In this document: piece by piece, positions 49,301 to 59,331 of the stretch | How positions within the stretch are numbered: position 1 is the first letter of the stretch | How the letters are laid out: every line of letters starts with the position of its first letter | DNA from: Candidatus Latescibacterota bacterium | Lineage (GTDB): Bacteria; Latescibacterota; UBA2968 | Assembly (NCBI GenBank): GCA_965204745.1 | Contig: OZ242010.1 | Coordinates: 1,248,001-1,312,000, forward strand | Direction of reading: 5' to 3' | Length of the DNA stretch: 64,000 nt | The notes under the pieces: model-generated | The model's database searches: none | What the model was told of the DNA's origin: nothing | Seen by the model: only the letters and a program-made list of their open reading frames with translations | Translations under genes and position numbers: made by a program

Positions 49301-50308
49301 ATGTCGAAATCTCAACCCGCTTTTGCCGGCATTGATGTCCGTGCCCGCACGTTGTCCGTTGCCCTGTCCAGACCTGGACAAGTTGTCATGCAAGCGACCT
49401 TTGCCAATGATCCCCAAGCCCATAAGCGGTTGCTGAAGTGGCTCACCAAGGGCGGGCACATGGTCTCTGTCTGCCTTGAAGCGACCGGGCTTTACAGCTT
49501 GGGGGTGGCCTTGGCCTTGCATCGGCATCGCCACACAAAGGTCATGGTCGTCAATCCCAAAGCGATGAGCAAGTACGGTCAAGCCTGCATGCAACGAGCC
49601 AAGACGGATGCGAAGGATGCGTTGTTGATCATGGATTATGCCGAGCGCATGCCGTTTGTGCCTTGGCAAGCGCCGAGTGAGCAACGGCTCCAACTGCAAG
49701 CCCTCACCAGACGTATTGACCAACTCAAGCAGGAGATCATCCGCGAACAGAGCCGCAACCACGCGCAAAGCTACCACATCCGGAGCACACGGCGCATCGC
49801 ACGCGATATTCAGGTGAATATCCGACACCTCAAACGCCGGATTGCCTACTTGGAAAGCCAAGCCCTCGATCTCGTTTTGCACGATGAGACCCTCAAGCGC
49901 GCCTACCAACGCCTCTGCTCGACGCCTGGCATCGCACAAACGAGTGCCTTGCGGCTCTTGGCCGAGTTGACCCTTTTGCCAGAGGAGATGCAACCGCCCC
50001 AGTGGGTCGCACATGCAGGCCTGGATCCCAAACCCAAACAATCCGGAACCGCCAACCCACAAAGACGCATCTCGAAAACCGGGAATAAGTACCTCCGCCA
50101 TGCCCTCTATATGCCTGCCTGGGTGGCCAGCAGACACGAAGTCCATGTCAAAGCCTTCTATGACCAACTCATTGCCAGAGGCAAGAAACCTTTGCAGGCT
50201 ATCGTTGCGGTGATGCGAAAGTTGCTCCATTCAATCTGGGGCATGTTGCGGCATGACCAAGATTTTAAGGGCGAAAAATTCTATCGAATCACCCCGAAAA
50301 CCCCTTGA
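49301..50308 (+). CDS. IS110-family DEDD recombinase/transposase
   Basis: AGIDV, CLEATG, KTDAKDA (DEDD); GLDPKPKQSG...ISKTGNKYLRHALY; AVMRKLL. Confidence 0.95.
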   Translation: MSKSQPAFAGIDVRARTLSVALSRPGQVVMQATFANDPQAHKRLLKWLTKGGHMVSVCLEATGLYSLGVALALHRHRHTKVMVVNPKAMSKYGQACMQRAKTDAKDALLIMDYAERMPFVPWQAPSEQRLQLQALTRRIDQLKQEIIREQSRNHAQSYHIRSTRRIARDIQVNIRHLKRRIAYLESQALDLVLHDETLKRAYQRLCSTPGIAQTSALRLLAELTLLPEEMQPPQWVAHAGLDPKPKQSGTANPQRRISKTGNKYLRHALYMPAWVASRHEVHVKAFYDQLIARGKKPLQAIVAVMRKLLHSIWGMLRHDQDFKGEKFYRITPKTP

Positions 50309-50491
50309 CCTTTTAAGAGAGTATCTCACCTCTTCCCGCCTCTTGCCTCTCCCCATCATACTCAGAGTTTTGGGTTTCTTCAAGGATTTTTTGTACCGAA
50401 CGCGGCGCGGGTTTTGGGTTGCGATACGTTTTGGGTCGCGTTATTGTTTTGGCGGATGCTGTCTCCAATCTGATACAATGGGAGGATCGCT

Positions 50492-52954
50492 GTGGATGCG
50501 TCAATTACCGTCGGTTATGGGGATCGGGTGGGGATGGATGAGCGGCATGTTTATCCGCGCTATATGGGGTTTCGGCCAGCAGATGGTCAGGTGTGCGAGG
50601 TGAATCCGCCCAGGTTGAGTTGGCCGTTTGATCCGAATATCATCCCCCAAGGGCCTCTGCCGGCAGGGCGGAGGTTTAGGTTGCTGATTGGGCGCACGCC
50701 CGAGTTGAAAGATCCGGTGGTGGATGTGAAGCGGACGCCGTACAATTTTTACAACGCGCTGCCGGTCTTGAGGCCCGGGCGCGAGTGGTTCTGGCGAGTG
50801 ATTTACGATGTGGAAACGCCCGATGAGCAGGCGAGTGCGGTGAGGCGTTTTGAACTTTCGGCCGATGCGGTGGCATGGGATCGCACGGCGATAGAACGAG
50901 CGGTGAGCGGGCATCCGAGGATCATTTTCACGCCTGAGAATCTGCACGCGCTGCGCGAGTTTCAAGACGGGGATGTGGAATGTGCGGAAATTGCGAGGCA
51001 GGCGATTCGCCTTGCGGACGAGACCCTGAAGGCAGACTGGTTTGTGGATTTTCCAGCGTCTGATGCGGCTGTGGGGCCTTTTGCATTCCCGTATATCTAT
51101 CCCGAATACGCGCAGTTGCTCGCGAATATGGCTTTTGCGTATATGCTCACGGGCGATGAAAAGTACCTGGGGATGAAAAGCCGGTTGTTGACGATGGCGC
51201 GTTATGAACCCGGGGGATATTCCTCGCCCGAGGGCTTTGGGAAAGGCGAAAAGTTTTGTACGAAGATCACGGAGTTTATGGGCGTGTGCTTTGACTGGCT
51301 ATACCCCATTCTCTCTGACGATGAGCGCGAGACGATCATCCACGCGCTGGATTGGCGCATCGCGCATACCATGAATGAATATTCATGGTTGCACAAAGGC
51401 GAAGTTCGCGCAAAGGGCATTGCCGTGGCGCCGACTTCTCATGCGTGGGAAAATATCACTTGGACCCTGTCAGGCGCGCTGGCGGTTGCAGAGCATTCGC
51501 GTGTTGCGCGGCAATTTTTGGAACTCGGCCTGCACTATGTCACGGGCGTGGGGACTGGGTTTGGGCCGGACGAGGGATGGAACGAAGGCGTGTCTTACAG
51601 CACTTGGAAGTTCTATTCTTTGGTCGCCACGTCGCTCTACGTCGCGATGACCCTTCCGGACCTGCACTTGGAACGCAATCCGTTTTACCGGGGGATGGGG
51701 ACGTTTCTCTTGAATCTGGCACCCGTGGGGGTCGTGCGGCCCGCGTGGGGCGATATTGCGTTTCAGTATCGCTATCACGAGCGCGGGCAACACGCTTATC
51801 GCAGAAAGCTGGCCTATTTGACCGGCGATGGGCGCGTGTTGACCGCGTGGAAGGAGTGGAAACGGGTGTTGGCAACGGGCGAGGTGCAACCCTTGAACTT
51901 GGGAGAACCGAATATCGCCGAGGTCACGGATTACCCCCGCCCGTGGATCGAATACGCGCTGAAACACTTTTTTCCCGAGCCAAAGGCGGCATCCAAACCG
52001 CCGCGCACGCACTTCTCGCCGGTTGCCGGCTGGGCGATGGGCCATTCAGAGCCGCCGGAGAAGCTCGAGTCGTTCCGCCGGGGCGTGGGGTTCGTGTTCA
52101 CTTGCCGACCGCGTGGGGGATATAGCCACAGCCACAGGAGCAATGGCGGGTTCGAGTTATTTGCTTATGGAAAGACCATTGCCACGGGCGGGGGCAAGCG
52201 GAGCAACCGGGATCGCGTGTCGCGGTCGAGCCAGTCGCACAATGTGGTGTTGATCGATGGCGAAGGACAGCGCGAGGTGCCCGGATCGGCTGACTTGCCA
52301 AACGCGGGGCGCGTTGTGGGATGGAAAGAGACGCGGGAAATGGTGTACGTGTGCGGCGATGTGCGAAATGCCTATCTCGAGCAGGCCAATCTCGCGCGGT
52401 TTTACCGGCATTTCTCGTTCGTCAGGGATCGCTACTTTGTCGTGTTCGACGATCTCGCGCTCGCCTCGGGGACCGCGGTGTTTTCGTGGTTGTATCACGT
52501 TCAACCAGATGTGCCTGTGGCGATGTCGGAAGCCGGTTTCGCGTATGCTGTTGGGGATGTGCGGGTGCAGGTGCATCACTTCGGGGAGACCGGGCCGCTG
52601 AAGGTGGAGAATATGCGCGGCGAAAAAGCGTATCGCAATCCCATTACCGGTGCGGATTTGTACGGTGAAATTGAAGCCAAAGTGAAACATTCCAAAACAG
52701 AGGAAATTTGGAATGGCACGCCGCAGGTCCACAACAATCTCTGGTTATCGACCAAACCGCGCCGCGAAGCCAAATTTCTCGCGGTGATCGTGCCGCATCG
52801 GGAAGGCGAGCCCACGCCGCGCGTGCGAAAAATCGCGCCAGATGTGATCGGCGTGTCTCTGCGAGCGGGGATGGAAGATGTGATCGCCTTTGGAAAACCG
52901 CGGCAAGGCGCGTTTGCGAGCATTGATTACAAGGCGATGCGCGTGGCGGAGTGA
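50492..52954 (+). CDS. Heparinase II/III-like polysaccharide lyase (DUF4962-type N-terminus)
   Basis: NPPRLSWP, HPRIIFT, GWNEGVSY, SHSHRSNGGF, SHNVVLIDGEGQ. Confidence 0.75.
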   Translation: MDASITVGYGDRVGMDERHVYPRYMGFRPADGQVCEVNPPRLSWPFDPNIIPQGPLPAGRRFRLLIGRTPELKDPVVDVKRTPYNFYNALPVLRPGREWFWRVIYDVETPDEQASAVRRFELSADAVAWDRTAIERAVSGHPRIIFTPENLHALREFQDGDVECAEIARQAIRLADETLKADWFVDFPASDAAVGPFAFPYIYPEYAQLLANMAFAYMLTGDEKYLGMKSRLLTMARYEPGGYSSPEGFGKGEKFCTKITEFMGVCFDWLYPILSDDERETIIHALDWRIAHTMNEYSWLHKGEVRAKGIAVAPTSHAWENITWTLSGALAVAEHSRVARQFLELGLHYVTGVGTGFGPDEGWNEGVSYSTWKFYSLVATSLYVAMTLPDLHLERNPFYRGMGTFLLNLAPVGVVRPAWGDIAFQYRYHERGQHAYRRKLAYLTGDGRVLTAWKEWKRVLATGEVQPLNLGEPNIAEVTDYPRPWIEYALKHFFPEPKAASKPPRTHFSPVAGWAMGHSEPPEKLESFRRGVGFVFTCRPRGGYSHSHRSNGGFELFAYGKTIATGGGKRSNRDRVSRSSQSHNVVLIDGEGQREVPGSADLPNAGRVVGWKETREMVYVCGDVRNAYLEQANLARFYRHFSFVRDRYFVVFDDLALASGTAVFSWLYHVQPDVPVAMSEAGFAYAVGDVRVQVHHFGETGPLKVENMRGEKAYRNPITGADLYGEIEAKVKHSKTEEIWNGTPQVHNNLWLSTKPRREAKFLAVIVPHREGEPTPRVRKIAPDVIGVSLRAGMEDVIAFGKPRQGAFASIDYKAMRVAE

Positions 52955-53766
52955 TCGCGATTGAGGATATTTGCAATGCTGTCGAGGTAGGCTTTGAGAG
53001 ATAATCCGTGGCTTTGTGCCAAAATCTCTAAAGTGCGAACCCGCGTGCGTTCGCCCTTTTCAATTCTCCGTACCTGACGCTCTGAAAGCCCCGCAATATC
53101 GGTTTGTCTGAGGTTGTATTTTTTTCGCAATGCGGCAACGGCCTCTCCAAACCGGCTATCGTATATCAGTCTTTCTCGATCCTTTTTTTGACGCCACGCA
53201 ACATCCTTGACGTAGCGAATCGCATCCAGATCAAGATGCACATCTGCCTCGGGCCAAGCGATATAACTGCCCTCGCTGGAAATAAAAAATAAAGCGCGTT
53301 GCGCGATTGGAACGCGCTTTAGTGCGGGCAGTTCTTCAAAGTCAATTCTAAACAACGCATGGTTACAGGACATAACAAAGAGCGCGTTATCAATAACCTG
53401 TGCCGTGGCAATCAGTTGATCTGGACATCCCAGGCTCCAAGCCATTAACACGCGCTTTGGTACGTCTTTGTTAGAATGGACGAGAATTTGGCGGTTCATT
53501 TTCATTTTTGCCTCGTAAAGCATCTGGGGCAGAAACTGGACATTGTCATTTTCGCGAATAAAAAGGGTCCGAAGGCGATGGTGCTGATTTGCAACGCGTA
53601 CAAATTTAGCTACAGCGGTAAGGCCGGAAATTGAAGAGAGCACAAAAATATCCCGATATTTCATTTTTGCCCAATCCGGTTCCCTAAAAACATCGAAGGA
53701 ATGTGGAATGATGTCATCGCTATATGGGTCTTGCGCCCAAACGGCTATTCCCGCAGTCTTTGGCAT
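52927..53766 (-). CDS. DUF2442-like plus C-terminal XRE HTH protein (putative antitoxin)
   Basis: ISSEGSYIAWPEADVHLD; LRKKYNLRQTDIAGLSERQVRRIEKG; GAGGAG RBS. Confidence 0.65.
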   Translation of the reverse strand: MPKTAGIAVWAQDPYSDDIIPHSFDVFREPDWAKMKYRDIFVLSSISGLTAVAKFVRVANQHHRLRTLFIRENDNVQFLPQMLYEAKMKMNRQILVHSNKDVPKRVLMAWSLGCPDQLIATAQVIDNALFVMSCNHALFRIDFEELPALKRVPIAQRALFFISSEGSYIAWPEADVHLDLDAIRYVKDVAWRQKKDRERLIYDSRFGEAVAALRKKYNLRQTDIAGLSERQVRRIEKGERTRVRTLEILAQSHGLSLKAYLDSIANILNRDHSATRIAL

Positions 53767-53768
53767 GT

Positions 53769-54047
53769 TTAGCTCCTCGTCTTTACTTTGTTTTCCCACT
53801 CGACATAAAGTGCATCTCGGTGTTGAAGCACCCGATTTAAGATATCCCTTTGCTCTTTGCCCGAAGGCCCTTCTCCGCTACGGGGAAATTTCACATTGAA
53901 GACCAACTCGCGTTCTGTACAGAGACCGAAAAAAACGCGAATCTCCCATTTATCCGGTTTGCGTGCATGAAAATGAGGCGGTTCGTGATCCGAGGAATGG
54001 AACCACAGGTCTAGACCCGCCAAGCGAAAGCAATCCAATTTTCCCAA
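53769..54047 (-). CDS. DUF4160-family small protein
   Basis: FHSSDHEPPHFHA...EWE motif; TTG start after AGGAG. Confidence 0.75.
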   Translation of the reverse strand: MGKLDCFRLAGLDLWFHSSDHEPPHFHARKPDKWEIRVFFGLCTERELVFNVKFPRSGEGPSGKEQRDILNRVLQHRDALYVEWENKVKTRS

Positions 54048-54553
54048 AATATCGCTCCTATTGGTTTGGAGAAATGTATTCAAAACCGGCCAATAAATCA
54101 ATACCGTAAATTCAAAAAATGTCCGATGCAACGCGGGTTGTGGCGAAATGTCACAACCCCGTTTTTTTGTGAAAATATTTATCGTTTTGAAACCTTTAAG
54201 TGCAAGGCGTGTATCTAAGACGTAACAGAGGATGGGTGGTACGCGTCGATTCGGAAGATGGCTGGCATAACGGACATGTTGCGATAGCCCAACTGTGAAA
54301 CTTTGTAACGACACCATGCGTTTAAGGGATGTGTCCACTCGTTGCTGATTCTGAACGGGGTTCAATCAGGGAAATCCTTGTCAGCCGCGTTCTGGGAGGG
54401 AAGATCATGGTCGCAAAATTGAAAATGCCGACAACTTGCGCCAAACCGGGCGAGGGATTTCGCTGTGCGGATGGGCATGACCGCGAGCGCGGCGAGAAAA
54501 CCATGGCCTCGAATGACGCTGTCGGAAAACGAAAAGAATGGGTGGGAGATGCG

Positions 54554-55414
54554 ATGGCAGACATGAAAACAGAGACGCGGGCCGCGGGCGATGCTTCGGT
54601 TCAGAGCTATCTGAGGGAGCTCCGCAAGTATCCGCCATTGAGCCGAGAAGAGGAACGGCAAACCCTGTGCTTGGCGAAAAAAGGCGACCGCACCGCGGCA
54701 GACAAGATCATCACGTCAAACTTGCGTTTTGTGGTCAGCGTCGCACTCGAATATCAGGGCCGGGGCGTGCCCCTCGCCGATTTGATCGCCGAGGGCAATG
54801 TCGGGCTGATGGAAGCCCTCAAGCGGTTTGATGAAAAGCGCGGGTTCAAGTTCATCAGCTATGCGGTTTGGTGGATTCGGCAGGGCATTCTCAACGCGCT
54901 CAAGCGCACATCAACCGTGGCGATGCCCGCAAATCGCCAGGAAGATATGGATCGCATGGCGCGTCGCTATGGGCAGATGAGCCAAGAGTTGGGCCGCGTG
55001 CCCACATTGGACGAAGTTGCCAGCGATATGCAGATCAGCCTCGAGCGCGCAGAGCGGGCCTTGCGCTGTGTGCGCCCAGACCTGTCGCTCTCTGCGCCCA
55101 TAGACGCGGAGGGCGAGCAGTCGCTCATGAATCTGCTCGAGGCCGATGCAGAGGATCCCGATCAGTTGGTCATAGCACGCGATCAGGCCGAGTTGGTGTC
55201 TCGATCTCTCACCGAGCTCGATCAGCGCGAGGCCGATATCATTCGCGCCTATTTTGGGCTTGAGGGGCATGAGCGCGAGAACCTGAGCGAAATCGGTCGC
55301 GCTTTGGGCCTGACCCGAGAACGCATTCGCCAGATTCGCAACCGCGCGCTGTTCAAGCTCCAGCGATATTTTCGGCGCGAAGTGCCGGGGAGCAAGGGGC
55401 AAGATTTGGTCTGA
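54554..55414 (+). CDS. Alternative sigma-70 factor (RpoD/RpoS-like, no region 1.1)
   Basis: SNLRFVVSVA, DLIAEGNVGL, FKFISYAVWWIRQ, LTRERIRQI. Confidence 0.9.
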   Translation: MADMKTETRAAGDASVQSYLRELRKYPPLSREEERQTLCLAKKGDRTAADKIITSNLRFVVSVALEYQGRGVPLADLIAEGNVGLMEALKRFDEKRGFKFISYAVWWIRQGILNALKRTSTVAMPANRQEDMDRMARRYGQMSQELGRVPTLDEVASDMQISLERAERALRCVRPDLSLSAPIDAEGEQSLMNLLEADAEDPDQLVIARDQAELVSRSLTELDQREADIIRAYFGLEGHERENLSEIGRALGLTRERIRQIRNRALFKLQRYFRREVPGSKGQDLV

Positions 55415-55548
55415 TTAGAAGAAAAAGGCGGGTGAGAGGTAAGAGGCAAGACGGGAGAAGCCACCCAACAACCCCGAAACCCGATGCACTTCGTTGGGTC
55501 GCTTGAGAGATGGGTAGTTGTACCCCGATTCGCATATATGGAGGCACG

Positions 55549-56586
55549 ATGAACAAACGCGATTTTCTGAAAACAGCCGGCATTGCCGCCGCGGCCACAG
55601 CGGTCAACGCGCCTGCGGTGATCGCGCAATCCAAGTCCCCGATCCGCTGGCGCCTGCAAACGTATGCCGGCGCCTCGCTGGCAGAGCATGTGGTCAAGCC
55701 GGCGATTGACTCGTTCAACGAGATCGCCAATGGCGACATGACGATTGAGCTGTTCACTGCGGATCAACTCGTGCCCACGCCCGACCTGTTCAACGCGCTA
55801 CAAAAGGGCATACTCGACGCGGTGCAAAGCGACGACGATTCCATGGCGTCGCCCGCGGATGTGGCGGTGTTCGGCGGGTACTTCCCGTTTGCCACGCGCT
55901 ACAGCTTGGATGTGCCGGTGCTGTTCCACCAGTACGGTTTGAAGGATATTTGGGAAGAAGCCTACGCCGAGATCGACGGCGTGACGTGGTTGAGCGCGGG
56001 GTCGTGGGATCCATGCCATTTCAACACGGTCGATCCCATCCGCAGTTTGGACGATCTCAAGGGCAAGCGCGTGTTCACCTTTCCAACCGCGGGCAAATTC
56101 CTGTCCCGTTTCGGCATCGTGCCCGTCACCCTGCCGTGGGACGAGGTCAAAGACGCGGTGCGAACCGGCGCGTTGGACGGCTTGGCTTGGTCCGGCATCA
56201 CCGAGGCGTACACCGTCGGCTGGGCAGACGTGACCCGGTACTTTTTGACCAACAACATCTCCGGCGCGTGGTGCGGGTCGTTTTTCGCCAACGCGGATTC
56301 GTGGCACGCGCTACCGGCGCACTTGCGGGAATTGTTCCGCGTTTGCATGGACAGTTCTCATTATTATCGCCAACACTGGTACTGGGGCGGCGAGGCCCGC
56401 CAGCGCGTTGCGGGCACAAAGCTCGAACTCACGTCCATCCCGGACGCTGAGTGGCGAGAAGTGGAAGCCGAAGCCCTCAAGTTCTGGGATGAGATCGCCC
56501 AAACCAGCCCCCGCGCCGCACGGGTCATCGACATCTTCAAACAATACAACGCGACCATGACAAAAGCCGGCCCTCCCTATCGCTAA
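55549..56586 (+). CDS. TRAP substrate-binding protein (DctP/TakP type) with Tat-like signal
   Basis: MNKRDFLK signal; IRWRLQTY; PIRSLDDLKGKR. Confidence 0.85.
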   Translation: MNKRDFLKTAGIAAAATAVNAPAVIAQSKSPIRWRLQTYAGASLAEHVVKPAIDSFNEIANGDMTIELFTADQLVPTPDLFNALQKGILDAVQSDDDSMASPADVAVFGGYFPFATRYSLDVPVLFHQYGLKDIWEEAYAEIDGVTWLSAGSWDPCHFNTVDPIRSLDDLKGKRVFTFPTAGKFLSRFGIVPVTLPWDEVKDAVRTGALDGLAWSGITEAYTVGWADVTRYFLTNNISGAWCGSFFANADSWHALPAHLRELFRVCMDSSHYYRQHWYWGGEARQRVAGTKLELTSIPDAEWREVEAEALKFWDEIAQTSPRAARVIDIFKQYNATMTKAGPPYR

Positions 56587-56610
56587 ACCCAACGGCTTAT
56601 AGGGGGTGTT

Positions 56611-58116
56611 ATGGCAAGAAAAACGACGAATGGGACAGCGATAATGGCGAAGGCGAATTGGGCGAATCGCACGATCTTTGAGGGCGACAACCTCGACATT
56701 CTGCGGGGCATGAACGCCGCGAGTGTGGATTTGGTGTATCTCGATCCGCCGTTCAACTCGAATCGCAATTACGCTGCGCCGATTGGTTCGGCAGCGGCCG
56801 GTGCGGCTTTCAAAGACGCTTGGACCTTGAGTGATGTTGACGAGGCTTGGCACGGGGAAATTGCCGAGCGCGATGAGCGGTTGTACAAGGTGATTGACGC
56901 GGCCGGGGCGGTGCATGGTAAGTCGATGAAGTCCTATTTGATTTTTATGGCTGTTCGGATTTTGGAATTGCACAGCGTATTGAAGCCGACGGGGAGTCTC
57001 TGGTTGCATTGCGATCCGACGGCGAGTCATTATCTCAAACTCGCGATGGACAGTATTTTGGGAAAAGACAATTTTCGGAATGAGGTTATTTGGAAGCGCA
57101 CGTCGTCCAAGACCGCGAGCCGTAAATTGCCCGCGGTGCATGATGTGTTGTTGTGGTATGCAGGGGGCGATGAGCATACCTATCACAAGGGCTATGGGCC
57201 GCATGATCCCGGATACGTCGAGAAGTTTTATCGCTATGAAGACGAGCATGGGCGGTATCGGACGGGTGATTTGACAGCGGCGGGCGTGAGCAATGGCGAT
57301 TCGGGTCAGCCGTGGCGTGGGATCGACCCTTCGGTAATCGGGCGACATTGGGGCGCGCCGGGGACTTTTCCCGAACATGTGGCAAAACCGGGGGATTGGA
57401 AAAATATGGATACGCGGGCCAAACTCGACTATCTCGACGCCAACGGCCTCGTCCATTGGCCCCAAAAGCAGGGCGGTGTCCCGGCCTTCAAGCGGTATTT
57501 GAGCACGTCTAAGGGGGCTATCCTGACGGACGTCCTGACGGACATTCCGCCTTTGTCTGCCCGATCCAAAGAGAAGACGGGCTATCCCACACAGAAACCG
57601 CTTGCGTTGCTGGAACGGGTTATCAAAGCGAGTAGCAATCCGGGGGATGTTGTATTGGACCCATTTTGCGGTTGCGCGACGACGTGTGTAGCTGCGGAGA
57701 TGTTGGGGCGCCAGTGGGTTGGGATAGACCTAAGCCCATTGGCTGGCAAAATTGTCGTTGAGCGATTGCAAAAGGTATCCGATGAAGATGGACTGCTGAA
57801 AGGCGGCAAACTCCCGAAAGTGATCCACAGAACAGACCTTCCGCGCCGCACGGACATCGAGGAATTGCCCGATTACAGGACGCACAAGCATGTGTTGTAC
57901 GGCGAGCAAGCGGGGAATTGCAAGGGCTGTGGCGTTCACTTCCCATTTCAAAATATGACCGTTGACCACATCACGCCGCGTGCAAAAGGTGGAGGAGATC
58001 ACAAAGAGAATCTGCAACTGCTTTGCAACAGTTGCAACGCTCGCAAGGGAAGCGGCACTCAAGCCGAGTTGATCGCGCGCTTGCGCGAGGCGGGGATTTT
58101 GTATCGCACGGTTTAG
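56611..58116 (+). CDS. Beta-class N4/N6 DNA methyltransferase fused to a C-terminal HNH domain
   Basis: DPPF (motif IV), YPTQKP, DPFCGCAT (motif I); CKGC...VDHITP...NLQLLCNSCN. Confidence 0.9.
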   Translation: MARKTTNGTAIMAKANWANRTIFEGDNLDILRGMNAASVDLVYLDPPFNSNRNYAAPIGSAAAGAAFKDAWTLSDVDEAWHGEIAERDERLYKVIDAAGAVHGKSMKSYLIFMAVRILELHSVLKPTGSLWLHCDPTASHYLKLAMDSILGKDNFRNEVIWKRTSSKTASRKLPAVHDVLLWYAGGDEHTYHKGYGPHDPGYVEKFYRYEDEHGRYRTGDLTAAGVSNGDSGQPWRGIDPSVIGRHWGAPGTFPEHVAKPGDWKNMDTRAKLDYLDANGLVHWPQKQGGVPAFKRYLSTSKGAILTDVLTDIPPLSARSKEKTGYPTQKPLALLERVIKASSNPGDVVLDPFCGCATTCVAAEMLGRQWVGIDLSPLAGKIVVERLQKVSDEDGLLKGGKLPKVIHRTDLPRRTDIEELPDYRTHKHVLYGEQAGNCKGCGVHFPFQNMTVDHITPRAKGGGDHKENLQLLCNSCNARKGSGTQAELIARLREAGILYRTV

Positions 58117-58329
58117 GGGCAGGCTGTTGAAAAAAAGTGGTGATTGCTGACCGTCTTGACAATGGCGAGCAAATCCCGTCTCAACAAAAAAAAGAAAAAG
58201 CCCTCCTGTTTTTGCAGAAGGGCTTCAATTTTTTGAAGGAACGTTACCGAGACGAGGCGGTTTCTCGCCCGGCTGGAGTTGGTCGACCAGTTCCAAGCCG
58301 CATACGCGCTTCGCGACTCGAAATTGTGG

Positions 58330-58611
58330 TCATGGTAGATGCTCCAAAGATGAATGTTTGACGAGGGATTCGGCCATTGTCACCTCTCGAATGGCGTTCC
58401 AATTGATCACAGCAACCCACAGATTTTCTTCTTTTGAGTATTCAACCATGCCATCAACTTCCAAATCTTCGCTGTAAAGAACCAGCGATTGCCCTTGTCG
58501 TAAAGAGATTTTCTGGCATGCCAAGTCTTCCACAGTGCCAACGCAGTTCAAGCGCAACCTGCCTTGTGCATCTGCGTTGTGAAAATCGGCGAACACACTT
58601 GGTTTTTTCAT
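58330..58611 (-). CDS. Small hypothetical protein, putative immunity/antitoxin
   Basis: 93 aa; start overlaps the upstream stop (ATGA). Confidence 0.65.
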   Translation of the reverse strand: MKKPSVFADFHNADAQGRLRLNCVGTVEDLACQKISLRQGQSLVLYSEDLEVDGMVEYSKEENLWVAVINWNAIREVTMAESLVKHSSLEHLP

Positions 58612-58946
58612 TTTTTTGTCTCCCGTGCAGGATTTGAAATTGTTGGCGTAAAAAGTTGACTGGCTTGATCGGGCGTCAGTCCAGTCAACGTCGCATGGTA
58701 AGGGCTTCTGCCAGAAGTCCGTACCACATTCCCGCCAGCTTTTCGGATTTCACCAGCGGTTGTTACGCCAACTTGTCCATGCGGAATTGTCCTTGCCAGT
58801 TCAGAGACGGAAACATCTTCGCCACTTTCTACGGATACCCCAGTAACCCCACTTGGATGCGTTCCGCTTCCGCGGCGAATGTCTTCTGGGCGGTTTTGAC
58901 CACCGCGAACAACAAAGGCATCATCAGAGATTTTTGCATATTCCAT
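58608..58946 (-). CDS. Small hypothetical protein resembling a polymorphic-toxin tip domain
   Basis: VVRGG...TGVSV...GVTTAGEIRKAGG...YHATL pattern; GAGGAG RBS; family assignment from recall only. Confidence 0.6.
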   Translation of the reverse strand: MEYAKISDDAFVVRGGQNRPEDIRRGSGTHPSGVTGVSVESGEDVSVSELARTIPHGQVGVTTAGEIRKAGGNVVRTSGRSPYHATLTGLTPDQASQLFTPTISNPARETKK

Positions 58947-59079
58947 TGCGCTTTGAAAAATATTACTCTCCTCGTCATTTCGGCGAAATCAAGTCCGTTC
59001 CCCAAGCTATCGGCAATTAAATTAGTGCAGACATTGCCTTGGGGCGGTGGGGCGGTCTCGCCTCTTGTATGTTGTCAGA

Positions 59080-59320
59080 AAGGGTTAATTTAGGTGTTGC
59101 GCCCTCGCATCGAGACACGCCATCTTGATGCCCTGCTCGGGGAAGGCCGGCGCCTCTTGAAGGCTATGACCTTGTAAGTAAGATAGGCCCCCCGACCGCC
59201 GAGTTGATACCGAAGAGTATCTAAGTCCATTGAGGCTGCATATACAAGACCGGTAGACTGGGCAAACAGTCGGGACGCGAACCCGAGCGCACACCAGACC
59301 CCTTCCCCACCCCTCATCAC
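59080..59320 (+). ncRNA. IS110 bridge RNA, copy C (boundaries approximate)
   Basis: Target guides CGCCTCT (59151-59157) and GTAAGA (59178-59183); donor guides at 59214-59222 and 59242-59249. Confidence 0.85.
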
Positions 59321-59331
59321 AGGAGGCCCCG

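Larger units (their letters stand above)
49036..50326 (+). mobile_element. IS110 copy B (apparently intact, 1291 bp)
   Basis: Left end TGTATCTT; right end ...AGAGAGTATCT; CT core at both junctions; no TIR or long TSD. Confidence 0.92.
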
